A program made the translations under genes and the position numbers. This document shows, piece by piece, positions 1 through 8,342 of a DNA stretch of 64,000 nucleotides. The stretch covers positions 66,110-130,109 of the forward strand of contig NZ_JBHUPY010000007.1 of NCBI RefSeq assembly GCF_042688385.1, given 5' to 3'. The stretch's first letter is position 1. The number at the start of each line of letters is the position of its first letter. The notes beneath the pieces were generated by a model, which did no database searches, was not told where the DNA came from, and worked only from the letters and a program-made list of their open reading frames with translations. The stretch is from Herpetosiphon sp. NSE202. GTDB taxonomy: Bacteria; Chloroflexota; Chloroflexia; Chloroflexales; Herpetosiphonaceae.

Positions 1-1
1 C

Positions 2-217
2 TACAATCGCGCTAGTTTGGTCGCTCGAATGATCATCAAGAATGGTCAGTTGCCAATCGCTGCTGGTTTGCTGCGCCATCCCACGCAACACATGGCCAAT
101 ATTGTGCGCTTCATTCCGCGCTGGCACCAATACAGCGATGCTTGGCAGTGGCTCAGGCGCTGGGCGTGGCTCAATTTGGGGAATTTTTTTGAGCAACAGC
201 GCATCACGCACCAATAA
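2..217 (+). CDS. 3' end of an unknown gene entering from upstream of the window (partial)
   Basis: The reading frame is open from base 2 to a stop at 215-217. The tail is Trp/Arg-rich. I recognise no domain. Confidence 0.25.
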   Translation, partial: YNRASLVARMIIKNGQLPIAAGLLRHPTQHMANIVRFIPRWHQYSDAWQWLRRWAWLNLGNFFEQQRITHQ

Positions 218-271
218 AATCAACGAAGCCAAGCCTAAGCCTAGCCCAATCACAACAGGAAGCATAGATCA

Positions 272-1639
272 ATGAATCCTCAAACTGCAAAACAATCAGC
301 ACACTATATCACGCAGCAACCACGCCCATGGATGGATCAGGTCGTGCCGTGGTTGATAATCGGCCTACTTTTGCCACTTTATTGGCTAATGAGCAGCCCA
401 ACTATTAGCACAGCCTATGGCAGCAGCGACAGCGGCGAGTTGGCAACCGCGCTCTGGTTTGGCGCAGTGCCACATCCACCAGGCTCGCCAAGCTATTTGT
501 TGATTGGGCAAGTTGCGCTCCACTGGTTTGGCGGCGAGCCAGCCCAACGCTTAGCATTGTTGAGTGGTTTGGCAACGGCCTTGAGTGCAGGCATCGTCGC
601 CGCCTGTGTTAGATTAAGCGCCAGCGACCAGCCACGCTCGATCCGCTGGAGCGCAATGTTGGCCGCAGGCTTGGGCTTTGGCTTGAGCCAACGAATTTGG
701 CAACAAGCCCTAGTCATCGAAGTCTATGCCTTGGCGAATGTGTTTCAGCTGCTTTTGCTGTGGCTCAGCTTGCGTTGGCAGCACTGGCAACGAACGCGTA
801 CACTGGCAGCGCTTGGCTTGGTCTGCGGCTTGGGATTGGGCGTGCAATTACCTGTTGCAGCGTGGTTGGTCGGCTTTGGGGTGTGGTGGTTTAAGGCCAA
901 ATGGGCGATTAAATGGCCGCAAATTGGGCTATTGTTGCTTATGCTGCTGCTCGGGGTCAGTAGCTATCTCATATTGCCTTGGCGCGGCGCGGTGGTTCCA
1001 CAAGCAAGTTGGGGCGATTGGAGTAGCGTTGCTGGCGCAATCAGCCACATCAGCGCTAGCGAATATCGCTATTTAGTTGGCGCAGTGCCACTGAGCGAGC
1101 AAGTTCAACGCTGCATTTTAGCAATTCGCGATTTGCTTGCTAGTTATTGGTGGATCGTCGGCCCGCTGCTCATTGGCTGTGGTTGGCAAAAAATCACGCT
1201 AGCTCAACGCTGGATGCTGGTTGCTTGGGCTGGCGTAACCCTGCTTTGGGCTATCAGTTATGGTGGCGCTGATGCCCAAGTCTATCTCTTGCCAATTCAT
1301 GGCTTGGCCGCTTGGCTGCTTGGCATGGGCGTGGTATGGTTGGCGCAAAAGCCAAGGCTTGCAGGTTGGATTTGGCTTGCGCCAATGTCGATATTAATCT
1401 GCTTGCCCTTGGGCTGGCGATTTTCGCTGCGTGGCCAAACCCAAAGCCGCGATCAAGCAATCGCGCTGCTGCAACAACAGCCAGCTCATGGCCAATTGCT
1501 GAGCAACAATGATCAAACAACATTTAGTACTTGGTATGTGCAAGCAGTGTTAGAGGTGCGGCCTGATGTGCAGATTATTGATCAGCGCCTACAACAACAG
1601 TTGTGGTATCAGCGACGGGAAGGGTTATCAACTCGCTAG
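272..1639 (+). CDS. DUF2723-type polytopic membrane protein, a glycosyltransferase-39 / TMEM260-like fold
   Basis: It is a 455-aa ORF with many hydrophobic segments. The N-terminal motif is SDSGELATALWFGAVPHPPGSPSYLL, which is typical of DUF2723 proteins (DSGE...HPPGYP). Its 3' end overlaps the convergent PP2C gene by about 65 nt. Confidence 0.55.
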   Translation: MNPQTAKQSAHYITQQPRPWMDQVVPWLIIGLLLPLYWLMSSPTISTAYGSSDSGELATALWFGAVPHPPGSPSYLLIGQVALHWFGGEPAQRLALLSGLATALSAGIVAACVRLSASDQPRSIRWSAMLAAGLGFGLSQRIWQQALVIEVYALANVFQLLLLWLSLRWQHWQRTRTLAALGLVCGLGLGVQLPVAAWLVGFGVWWFKAKWAIKWPQIGLLLLMLLLGVSSYLILPWRGAVVPQASWGDWSSVAGAISHISASEYRYLVGAVPLSEQVQRCILAIRDLLASYWWIVGPLLIGCGWQKITLAQRWMLVAWAGVTLLWAISYGGADAQVYLLPIHGLAAWLLGMGVVWLAQKPRLAGWIWLAPMSILICLPLGWRFSLRGQTQSRDQAIALLQQQPAHGQLLSNNDQTTFSTWYVQAVLEVRPDVQIIDQRLQQQLWYQRREGLSTR

Positions 1640-2975
1640 GATCTTTAATAATATCAACGATCACCAAGGTCAGGTCGTCTGCTTGGCGGGCAGCACCACG
1701 GAAGCGATCAACATCGGCGCAATAGGCATCAATCAAGCTCGCGGTATTTTCTGCTTCAAGCTGGCGTACCGCCAAGCACCAACGATCAAAGCTATACAAC
1801 TCGCGTTGCTCGTTCATGGTTTCAATTACGCCATCGGTATAGACCACCAAGCGATCGTTGGCTTGCAATTGGATGGTTTGCTCAGCATAGGGAAAGTTGC
1901 GAATTGAGCGCAACGGCGTGCCAAAGGCCTCTAATTCCTGAATTGCGCCATTGCGCCGCAAGAGCGGAAATGGGTGGCCTGCGTTGGCAAAGCGCAATTG
2001 ATGATTGCGCAAATTCAGCACCCCATACCAAACTGTCATCATCTGATTAACTGCATCGTCGGCGTGCAAAATCGCATTAACATGGCGCAACACATGGCCG
2101 GGGTTGCGCGAACGGCGGGCCTCGCTGCGAATAATCGAGCGCGTCATGGCCATAACCATGGCGGCAGCAACGCTCTTGCCAGTTGCATCACCAACAATAA
2201 TTGCAATTTCATCGTCGTTCAAACGAATCAGATCATACAAATCGCCGCTCGTTTCGAGCGCTGGCTGCACCGAAGCACCAATATCGAGGCATTCGCTATA
2301 GTGTTGGGGCTTGGGATAGAGGTCTTGTTGCAAATTGCGCGCAATCGCCAACTCCTGGCGAATCAGCGTATCTTGCATCAATTGCTGACGCGCTGCTTGC
2401 AGTGAGAGCATTGAATTATCAAGTGTGCGTTGGTAGAGCCAAGCAATCGCCGTAATTACGACAAAAAAGCTTAATATTGGCAAAAGATCGGCAATCCAAG
2501 CAAAGTTTGGTTGATAGATTAAGTAGAAAATAATTGATATATTAGCAAAAAAAGCGATAAGAGCTGATTTATAATTTACTAGAAAGGTAAATAGCATAAT
2601 ACAAATACTACACATATACATAAATAAATTAACAGAATTATTACTTTCTGTTGCTGCTAGAGCCATAAACATCAAATTTGAATATGTACAAAATATTATA
2701 TAGGGTTTATTATTATCAACTTTTTTACTTATATACTTAACAAATAAAAAATAGCTCATATCAATTGCCAATATCAACATTGGCATAAAACGCATTTCTT
2801 GATTGAGAATAGATGTAATAAAAATAAGTGCTATAAAAAATATATGAATATAAATAACAACATTAATAATGGTATTAAAAAAAACAGACTTTCTTACTGA
2901 ATCTGTTTGATCTTCAAGGTTTTTACTACTTTTAATATCAAGTAAGCCCATAGTTAGTATATTATTCAGCCACAA
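1575..2975 (-). CDS. PP2C-family Ser/Thr phosphatase (SpoIIE/RsbU-like) with a roughly 170-aa N-terminal polytopic membrane module
   Basis: The C-terminal half carries the SpoIIE/PP2C motifs IIVGDATGKSVAAAMVMAM and VVYTDGVIE. The N-terminal half is very hydrophobic, with about 6 TM segments, and is encoded by 25-30% GC DNA at 2450-2975. The track start at 2975 is a TTG. The first ATG (MGLLDIK) is at 2951. Confidence 0.7.
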   Translation of the reverse strand: MWLNNILTMGLLDIKSSKNLEDQTDSVRKSVFFNTIINVVIYIHIFFIALIFITSILNQEMRFMPMLILAIDMSYFLFVKYISKKVDNNKPYIIFCTYSNLMFMALAATESNNSVNLFMYMCSICIMLFTFLVNYKSALIAFFANISIIFYLIYQPNFAWIADLLPILSFFVVITAIAWLYQRTLDNSMLSLQAARQQLMQDTLIRQELAIARNLQQDLYPKPQHYSECLDIGASVQPALETSGDLYDLIRLNDDEIAIIVGDATGKSVAAAMVMAMTRSIIRSEARRSRNPGHVLRHVNAILHADDAVNQMMTVWYGVLNLRNHQLRFANAGHPFPLLRRNGAIQELEAFGTPLRSIRNFPYAEQTIQLQANDRLVVYTDGVIETMNEQRELYSFDRWCLAVRQLEAENTASLIDAYCADVDRFRGAARQADDLTLVIVDIIKDPSELITLPVADTTTVVVGADQ

Positions 2976-3000
2976 TATTAATGAATAATGTTGTGGCTGA
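2968..3000 (-). promoter_or_regulatory. Intergenic stem-loop between the peptide gene and the PP2C gene
   Basis: It is a perfect 9-bp inverted repeat, CAGCCACAA ... TTGTGGCTG, with a 15-nt A/T loop. It lies between the stop of the 3016-3234 ORF and the first ATG of the PP2C gene. No clean U-tract follows. Confidence 0.4.
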
Positions 3001-3015
3001 ATTCTAAATCAAAAA

Positions 3016-3234
3016 TTAATACCAACCAGCAAGACCTCTAGCTGAGATGCCTTGACCTTGAAAATTAGTGGCAGATTCTTCAACTTGTTTCAATTCATCA
3101 TCAGTTAAGTTAAAACCATGGTTTTTAACAGTTTCGGCAATATTGCTACTATCCAACAGTTCTTGACGGAAGGCTTCGTCCGAGGTGGCTTGATCGATCA
3201 GGCGTTGAAATTCATCGCTATGCTTTGAACTCAT
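3016..3234 (-). CDS. Small Nif11-like protein, a candidate RiPP-type precursor or signalling peptide of 72 aa
   Basis: A strong RBS, AGGAGGAACCG-ATG, sits at 3235-3250. Residues 5-50 read EFQRLIDQATSDEAFRQELLDSSNIAETVKNHGFNLTDDELKQV. This matches the Nif11 / N11P leader pattern (AFLEKV..D..LQ.KL......VALAKE.GF.IT.EEL). The C-terminal tail is ESATNFQGQG-ISARGLAGWY. The gene is about 42% GC against a neighbourhood of about 55%. Confidence 0.5.
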   Translation of the reverse strand: MSSKHSDEFQRLIDQATSDEAFRQELLDSSNIAETVKNHGFNLTDDELKQVEESATNFQGQGISARGLAGWY

Positions 3235-3398
3235 ACGGTTCCTCCTGGGTAGGATGTTGGATGACCATCATTATATGAAGATCTTGGATATTAGCAATAG
3301 GTTATTAGTTCAAGCCATTCTTACAGTTCAAGCCAAGCCTCGGCTACATCAGCCAATGTATCTTTGGGTACAATCGGCTGTTGGTTATGGTAAGTATA

Positions 3399-4019
3399 TT
3401 AGTGTTTGAGTGTCGCGAGAATATAGTTAATCAGGTCGCGGTCGCGATCATCAAGGCCATGGAGTAGGCGTTGCTGGTCGCGTTCGCCAGCCCAAATTTG
3501 CTCAACTGGTGTGATCAGTTGCCAACCAAGGCTCTCAAGGTCGGCCAAAGTCAAGCGTAATTCGGCCCGTGGTAGCGCAGGATCGTGTGTTGCTGCTACA
3601 ATAGCATCAAGCAAACTTGTAAAATCTTCGAGATCCATTCCGCCGCCAGCATCACTCTGTTTGGCAACCAGCATTTGAATGCTCAGCAATAACTCACCAA
3701 TTTGGTCTTGCTCATGGCGCTCTAAGCGATCATACAAGAACTGAATTTGGGCTTGATCGTTATTCAACACCGCTTCGCGTAAATCGAGCGGAAGTTGATC
3801 GATCAACTGCTCCAGGGTTGGGGCTTCGGCATAGCTATCAAGCGCTTGCTCGATCTGAAGCTGCTGAAATTGCTCAAGCTGTTGGCTCACGAGGGTTTGT
3901 TGTTCGGCTGGCATCGCGGCAAAAGCTGCTTCAAACGCCACGCTATCGCCGCTTTCTAGCGCTTGCAGCACAGCTGGGGGTAAACTAGCAAGCAAGCCAC
4001 GTAGTTCGGTGGTATCCAT
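3399..4019 (-). CDS. Hypothetical acidic, Gln-rich protein of 206 aa
   Basis: It is a long ORF with a pI well below 5 and coiled-coil-like Q/E/L repeats. I recognise no domain. Its codon usage matches the host. Confidence 0.45.
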   Translation of the reverse strand: MDTTELRGLLASLPPAVLQALESGDSVAFEAAFAAMPAEQQTLVSQQLEQFQQLQIEQALDSYAEAPTLEQLIDQLPLDLREAVLNNDQAQIQFLYDRLERHEQDQIGELLLSIQMLVAKQSDAGGGMDLEDFTSLLDAIVAATHDPALPRAELRLTLADLESLGWQLITPVEQIWAGERDQQRLLHGLDDRDRDLINYILATLKH

Positions 4020-4067
4020 AACTGCCTCCTTTGCAGCTATCGTATCACAGAAGTTTGGGGGACATTC

Positions 4068-5360
4068 ATGGGTCGTTTTGTTCGTTGGCTGGTGTTTCGC
4101 CTCTTACGTTTGTACTATCCACGCATCGCCGTCGAAGGCTTAGAGCAATTGCCCCGTGGCAGGGTGATGTTTGTGCTCAATCACCCCAATGGTTTGCTTG
4201 ACCCATTGTTGCTGATGTTGATTCTCGGCCAGCCCGTCGCGTTTTTGGCCAAAAATACCTTTTTCAACAACCCAATTGGCCGTTGGATGATGCATGCGTT
4301 TGGCGCATTGCCAATTTATCGCCAAAGCGATGCCGCTGAAGGCAGCAATACCCGCGATTTGAATGAACAAACGTTTGCCCGTTGCCGTCAATTACTTGCC
4401 GACCAACACCATTTAGCCTTGTTCCCCGAAGGAACATCGCACTCCGAAGCCTATCTCTTGCCGTTGCGCTCAGGTGCGGCCCGCATTGCGCTCGGTGCAG
4501 AGGCAGAGCACAATTGGCAACTCGATTTGAAGATTGTGCCAATTGGCTTATGGTATGAAGATAAGCATATTTTTCGTTCTTCAGTGCTCTTATTAGTTGG
4601 CAAACCAATTAACGTTAATCAATTTCAGCATGCCGAGGCCGAGCGCGAACAGGCAGTTGCCAGTTTGACCACGCGCATGGCTGAGCATTTGGGCGGCGTG
4701 GTTTTCCAAGCTGGCAATGCCGAATTATTGCGTGGCCTGCCAGTGATGGTTGGCTGGACAGTTGATCGCTTGCGGCGCAAACGCCCAAGTGGCCGCGAAG
4801 CCTATACCTCGCTCACGCCAACCGAACGCGTACAACTAGCAACCTTGGCGGCCAAAGCCCAGCGCTACGCTCGCACCTTGCGACTTTTGGGCATCGCCGA
4901 CCCGTGGGCACCGCAATTGCCCTTGGCCACTCGTTGGCGCTTTTGGCGCAAATTTTTGTGGACGTTGCTGGCCTTTATTCCAGCAGCCTGTGGCATTTTG
5001 CTCAGCTACCCCATGTATCGATTAAGTGGAATCATCGCCACCCGCATGACCAAAGAGCTAGAAGTATTGAGCACAATTAAATTGATTGCTGGCATGGTTT
5101 TGCAACCGATTGGCTGGATTGTAACCAGCCTGATCATTGGTTTGCTCACAACCTGGCAAGCTGGTTTGATTGTGTTGCTACTGGCCCCGCTATTTGGCTT
5201 TATTGCCCTGCGCTGGAGCGAGCGCTGGCGGGCTGTGCGCGAGGCAACCGCCGCTTCGTGGCTACGCCTGACCCAACCAGACCTCACCAGTCAATTATTA
5301 CAACGCCGCCGCGATTTGGGCGAGCAAATTTCCAATACCATTTTGAGCTTAAACGATTAA
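4068..5360 (+). CDS. Lysophospholipid / 1-acyl-sn-glycerol-3-phosphate acyltransferase family (PlsC-like) with a C-terminal TM extension
   Basis: The acyltransferase motif I is HX4D (VLNHPNGLLDP). Motif III is FPEGTSHSE. The C-terminal 130 aa are hydrophobic. Confidence 0.65.
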   Translation: MGRFVRWLVFRLLRLYYPRIAVEGLEQLPRGRVMFVLNHPNGLLDPLLLMLILGQPVAFLAKNTFFNNPIGRWMMHAFGALPIYRQSDAAEGSNTRDLNEQTFARCRQLLADQHHLALFPEGTSHSEAYLLPLRSGAARIALGAEAEHNWQLDLKIVPIGLWYEDKHIFRSSVLLLVGKPINVNQFQHAEAEREQAVASLTTRMAEHLGGVVFQAGNAELLRGLPVMVGWTVDRLRRKRPSGREAYTSLTPTERVQLATLAAKAQRYARTLRLLGIADPWAPQLPLATRWRFWRKFLWTLLAFIPAACGILLSYPMYRLSGIIATRMTKELEVLSTIKLIAGMVLQPIGWIVTSLIIGLLTTWQAGLIVLLLAPLFGFIALRWSERWRAVREATAASWLRLTQPDLTSQLLQRRRDLGEQISNTILSLND

Positions 5361-5370
5361 TTAAATAGAG

Positions 5371-5397
5371 CGCAGGATGAAGTTCATTCTGCGCCCC
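5371..5397. terminator. Candidate bidirectional terminator hairpin between convergent genes
   Basis: GCGCAGGATGAA-gt-TTCATTCTGCGC forms a 12-bp stem with one mismatch. It is flanked by A/T runs and lies between the acyltransferase gene (+) and the MBL hydrolase gene (-). Confidence 0.45.
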
Positions 5398-5401
5398 CAA
5401 T

Positions 5402-6325
5402 TTAAATTAATTCAACTGCCTGCGGATTGCGATCAAAAAAGAGTTTTAAGCCATGCACGCTCATCGCCAAATTGCCCCAGAGCACCAAATTGAGCGCTGG
5501 CGAAACAGGCTCCTTGGTTGGTAGTGCCTGTTCAACAATCGCCTCAACTGGCAATTCAGCAGCATGCAGATTATCACGCACATCGCGCACGATCTTGACC
5601 AAACGCTCGTGCATTTCTTCGAGGGCCAAGGCTGGCGGGGCAACCGTCGGGCCAAAGTGCGAAGGCAACAATTGGCGAATCGGGTATTTGGCTAAAGTTT
5701 GAAAGGCTTGCAGCTGATCAGCCAAATTGAAGGCTGGTGGCGGGGTGACGGGCATATTGAGATTATAGGTGCTCATCAAAATGCCAATCGAATCGCCAGC
5801 CCATAGTGTGCCAGAATTAGCTTCCCAAAACGCCAAATGATCGGGCGAATGGCCAGGCGTTGGCACAGCTTCAAGCACAATCCCTTTGCCCAAATTCAGG
5901 CTCAAATGTTCGGCGGGCAAAATTCGCTCGGCTTCAATAGGCAGCATTGTGCCATACACCTGCCACATTGGGCCAACCGCCCGCTCCACGCTACGCATGA
6001 GTTTGCTTGGCTCGGCCAAATGCGCCGCCGTCATTGAGTGCAAATAAACCTTGGCATTGGGCAAATGCTGAGCCAAAATCCCAGCTCCACCGCTATGATC
6101 CATGTGAACGTGGGTTAAGAGAATATGTTCAACTGCGGCGGGGTCGATTCCAAGTTGCTGCAAACCGGCTAAGGTTGCTTCGGCGGTTAACGATGTGCCA
6201 GTTTCGATGAGGGCAACCTGATCGCCTTGTACCACATAGGTTGCGCCAAAACCATCGGTTGTCAGCAGGCCATTATCGATCATGGCAATCTGATCGCTCA
6301 GTTGGGTTAGCGGAACTTGCATCAT
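5402..6325 (-). CDS. MBL-fold metallo-hydrolase
   Basis: It carries the HxHxDH motif (LTHVHMDHSGG) and downstream His/Asp ligands. It is 307 aa. Confidence 0.7.
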   Translation of the reverse strand: MMQVPLTQLSDQIAMIDNGLLTTDGFGATYVVQGDQVALIETGTSLTAEATLAGLQQLGIDPAAVEHILLTHVHMDHSGGAGILAQHLPNAKVYLHSMTAAHLAEPSKLMRSVERAVGPMWQVYGTMLPIEAERILPAEHLSLNLGKGIVLEAVPTPGHSPDHLAFWEANSGTLWAGDSIGILMSTYNLNMPVTPPPAFNLADQLQAFQTLAKYPIRQLLPSHFGPTVAPPALALEEMHERLVKIVRDVRDNLHAAELPVEAIVEQALPTKEPVSPALNLVLWGNLAMSVHGLKLFFDRNPQAVELI

Positions 6326-6435
6326 TGCACTCCGTTTCGATTACAAAATCAACGTATGGCTATTTTACCTGATTCAGTTGAGAATCGCACCTCAGCATTA
6401 GATGTAACTATTTGATAGGCTAAGCATGATACAAT

Positions 6436-6465
6436 TTGACATGGTTCGGACGGTCAGGCTATAAT
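6436..6465 (+). promoter_or_regulatory. Sigma-70-like promoter upstream of rpmH
   Basis: TTGACA, then 18 nt, then TATAAT. Both hexamers match consensus exactly. The site is about 105 nt upstream of the rpmH start. Confidence 0.45.
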
Positions 6466-6571
6466 AGATAAGCTACAGCGCGTCCATGGCGGCGTGCTAT
6501 CAATTTTGTCTTATCTATACAGAAGCGCGAGCACGCGCTTTTGTTTCGTCTGACACCGGAGGATTCGCACA

Positions 6572-6748
6572 ATGCCAAAACGAACTTGGCAACCAAAACG
6601 CATCAAGCGCCGCCGTGTTCACGGTTTCTTGGAGCGCATGCAAACTCGCACAGGCCGCGCCGTATTGAAAGCTCGTCGCCAACGTGGTCGCTGGAAGTTA
6701 ACTGTTAGCGACAAACGCCGACCAGCAGGCCCAGGCGGTCATCGCTAA
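6572..6748 (+). CDS. rpmH: 50S ribosomal protein L34
   Basis: The 58-aa product reads [45 protein letters not shown]. It falls below the ORF-track length cutoff. A GGAGG RBS is present. Confidence 0.85.
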   Translation: MPKRTWQPKRIKRRRVHGFLERMQTRTGRAVLKARRQRGRWKLTVSDKRRPAGPGGHR

Positions 6749-6751
6749 ACA

Positions 6752-7123
6752 ATGCAACGTTCACAGCGCCTTCGCTCGCCACGCGATTTTCGCCGTGTTC
6801 GCGAAGGCGGTCGTACATGGTCACATCCACTCTTGGTGTTGAGCGTCGCGCCAGCGCGGGCCAATCGCGTTCGGTGTGGGATTGTGGTTCGCAAAGCGCT
6901 GGGCACAGCCGTCGAACGCAATCGTTACAAACGCCGAGTGCGCGAAGCTATCCGTTTGATCTATGATCAGATACGCCCAGGATGGGATGTTATTTTTATT
7001 GTACGAGCGGGATTTCGCACAGCGGCCTGGGAGCAGATTCAGCAGGCCGTTTCGCGTTTACTGCAACAAGCGCAGCTATGGCATGATCGTGAACAACCAT
7101 CACAGGAAGATCGCCATGGGTAA
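6752..7123 (+). CDS. rnpA: RNase P protein component
   Basis: It lies immediately 3' of rpmH. It is a basic 123-aa protein with the [16 protein letters not shown]...LLVL pattern. Confidence 0.85.
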   Translation: MQRSQRLRSPRDFRRVREGGRTWSHPLLVLSVAPARANRVRCGIVVRKALGTAVERNRYKRRVREAIRLIYDQIRPGWDVIFIVRAGFRTAAWEQIQQAVSRLLQQAQLWHDREQPSQEDRHG

Positions 7124-7322
7124 GATTTTATTGGCACTTATTCGCTTGTACCAGCGTTTTTCGCGATATACACCACCAAGTTGTATCTATACGCCAACCT
7201 GTTCCCACTATGGCTATCAAGCTATCGCGAAATATGGGGCATTCAAAGGTACATGGTTGACACTGAAACGGATCGCCCGTTGCCATCCATGGGCACAGGG
7301 TGGTGAAGACCCTGTTCCATAA
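7116..7322 (+). CDS. yidD: Membrane protein insertion efficiency factor YidD
   Basis: It is 68 aa and overlaps the rnpA stop. The motif [26 protein letters not shown] is the conserved YidD Cys motif. Confidence 0.8.
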   Translation: MGKILLALIRLYQRFSRYTPPSCIYTPTCSHYGYQAIAKYGAFKGTWLTLKRIARCHPWAQGGEDPVP

Positions 7323-7341
7323 GTTGGCACAGGGTTTTTTG
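7309..7341 (+). terminator. Weak intrinsic terminator or attenuator after yidD
   Basis: ACCCTGT, a 13-nt loop, ACAGGGT and then TTTTTT. Confidence 0.35.
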
Positions 7342-7367
7342 CTATGACAACGTAGGAATATACGGCT

Positions 7368-8309
7368 ATGAATTTTCTAGGTCCAATCTTTTTACCATTT
7401 CTCGAATGGCTGTTCCATCTGTTTGGCAACTTGGGGTGGGCAATTATCGCTTTTACGATTTTAGTTCGTTTAGGCATGTTGCCGCTGACACTAAAGCAAT
7501 TACGTTCGCAACGCAAAATTATGGTCATCCAACCAAAATTGCGCGAATTGCAACGTAAATATAGCAAAGATCGCGAAAAACTAACCCAAGAAACCATGAA
7601 GCTCTATCGTGAGCATGGAGCCAGCCCTGTTGGTGGGTGTTTGCCGCTATTGATTTCGTTGCCAATTTTGTTTGGCGTGTGGCAAGCGATTCAATTATTT
7701 GGCACGCAAGTTGAAGCCACTGCCGAACAAGTGCAGTTTTTGTGGTTGCCCCGCCTGACCCCGTTGGTTGACGGTGCAGGCCAAGCGATTGCTGGCAGTG
7801 CCAAAGACCCCTATTATATTTTGCCGCTCTTGGCAATTGGCTTTCAATTCATCACAACCTTGATGGCAATGCAACGCAACCCAGACCCACAGCAAGCCTC
7901 AATGAACAAAGTGATGATGTTTATGCCATTTATCTTTGGCTTTATCTACTTCCAGTTTCCATCAGGCGCAACCCTGTATTCAGTCACTGGTTCGTTGATT
8001 CAAATGGTGCAACAATATTTCACCTCAGGCTTTGGCTTGCTTTCGAAATATTTGCCATTTTTGCCCGAAAAAACTGGCTTCTTGCACCAACCATTGCCAG
8101 AATCGGCTACAATCACGATTGAAGAACCAGAAAGCCCAAGTGATCAGCCCCAACGCCGCGATTTTTGGACTGCGCTTGGCAAACTAGAACCGGTTACTGA
8201 TGTCAGCGCCGCTGGTGCTGCCGCCGAAAGTGGTAGCAGCGACATCGCAACCGAACAAGCAATTGAAGATGTTAAGGCGCAGCTTGGCAAGCCGAAAAAA
8301 CGGCGCTAG
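7368..8309 (+). CDS. yidC: Membrane protein insertase YidC/Oxa1 (short form)
   Basis: It shows the conserved YidC core, LPLLISLPILFGVWQAI...FQFPSGATLYSV, with five TM segments. It sits in the rnpA-yidD-yidC-jag context. Confidence 0.85.
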   Translation: MNFLGPIFLPFLEWLFHLFGNLGWAIIAFTILVRLGMLPLTLKQLRSQRKIMVIQPKLRELQRKYSKDREKLTQETMKLYREHGASPVGGCLPLLISLPILFGVWQAIQLFGTQVEATAEQVQFLWLPRLTPLVDGAGQAIAGSAKDPYYILPLLAIGFQFITTLMAMQRNPDPQQASMNKVMMFMPFIFGFIYFQFPSGATLYSVTGSLIQMVQQYFTSGFGLLSKYLPFLPEKTGFLHQPLPESATITIEEPESPSDQPQRRDFWTALGKLEPVTDVSAAGAAAESGSSDIATEQAIEDVKAQLGKPKKRR

Positions 8310-8342
8310 TCTCGGCTTATAATTCGGAGGAACGTGTAGGAC

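Noticed and set aside
6330-6570. Replication origin or dnaA-box cluster next to the rpmH-rnpA-yidC-jag block
   Set aside because: No dnaA gene, no clustered TTATCCACA boxes and no AT-rich DUE were found. Only a promoter for rpmH is present.
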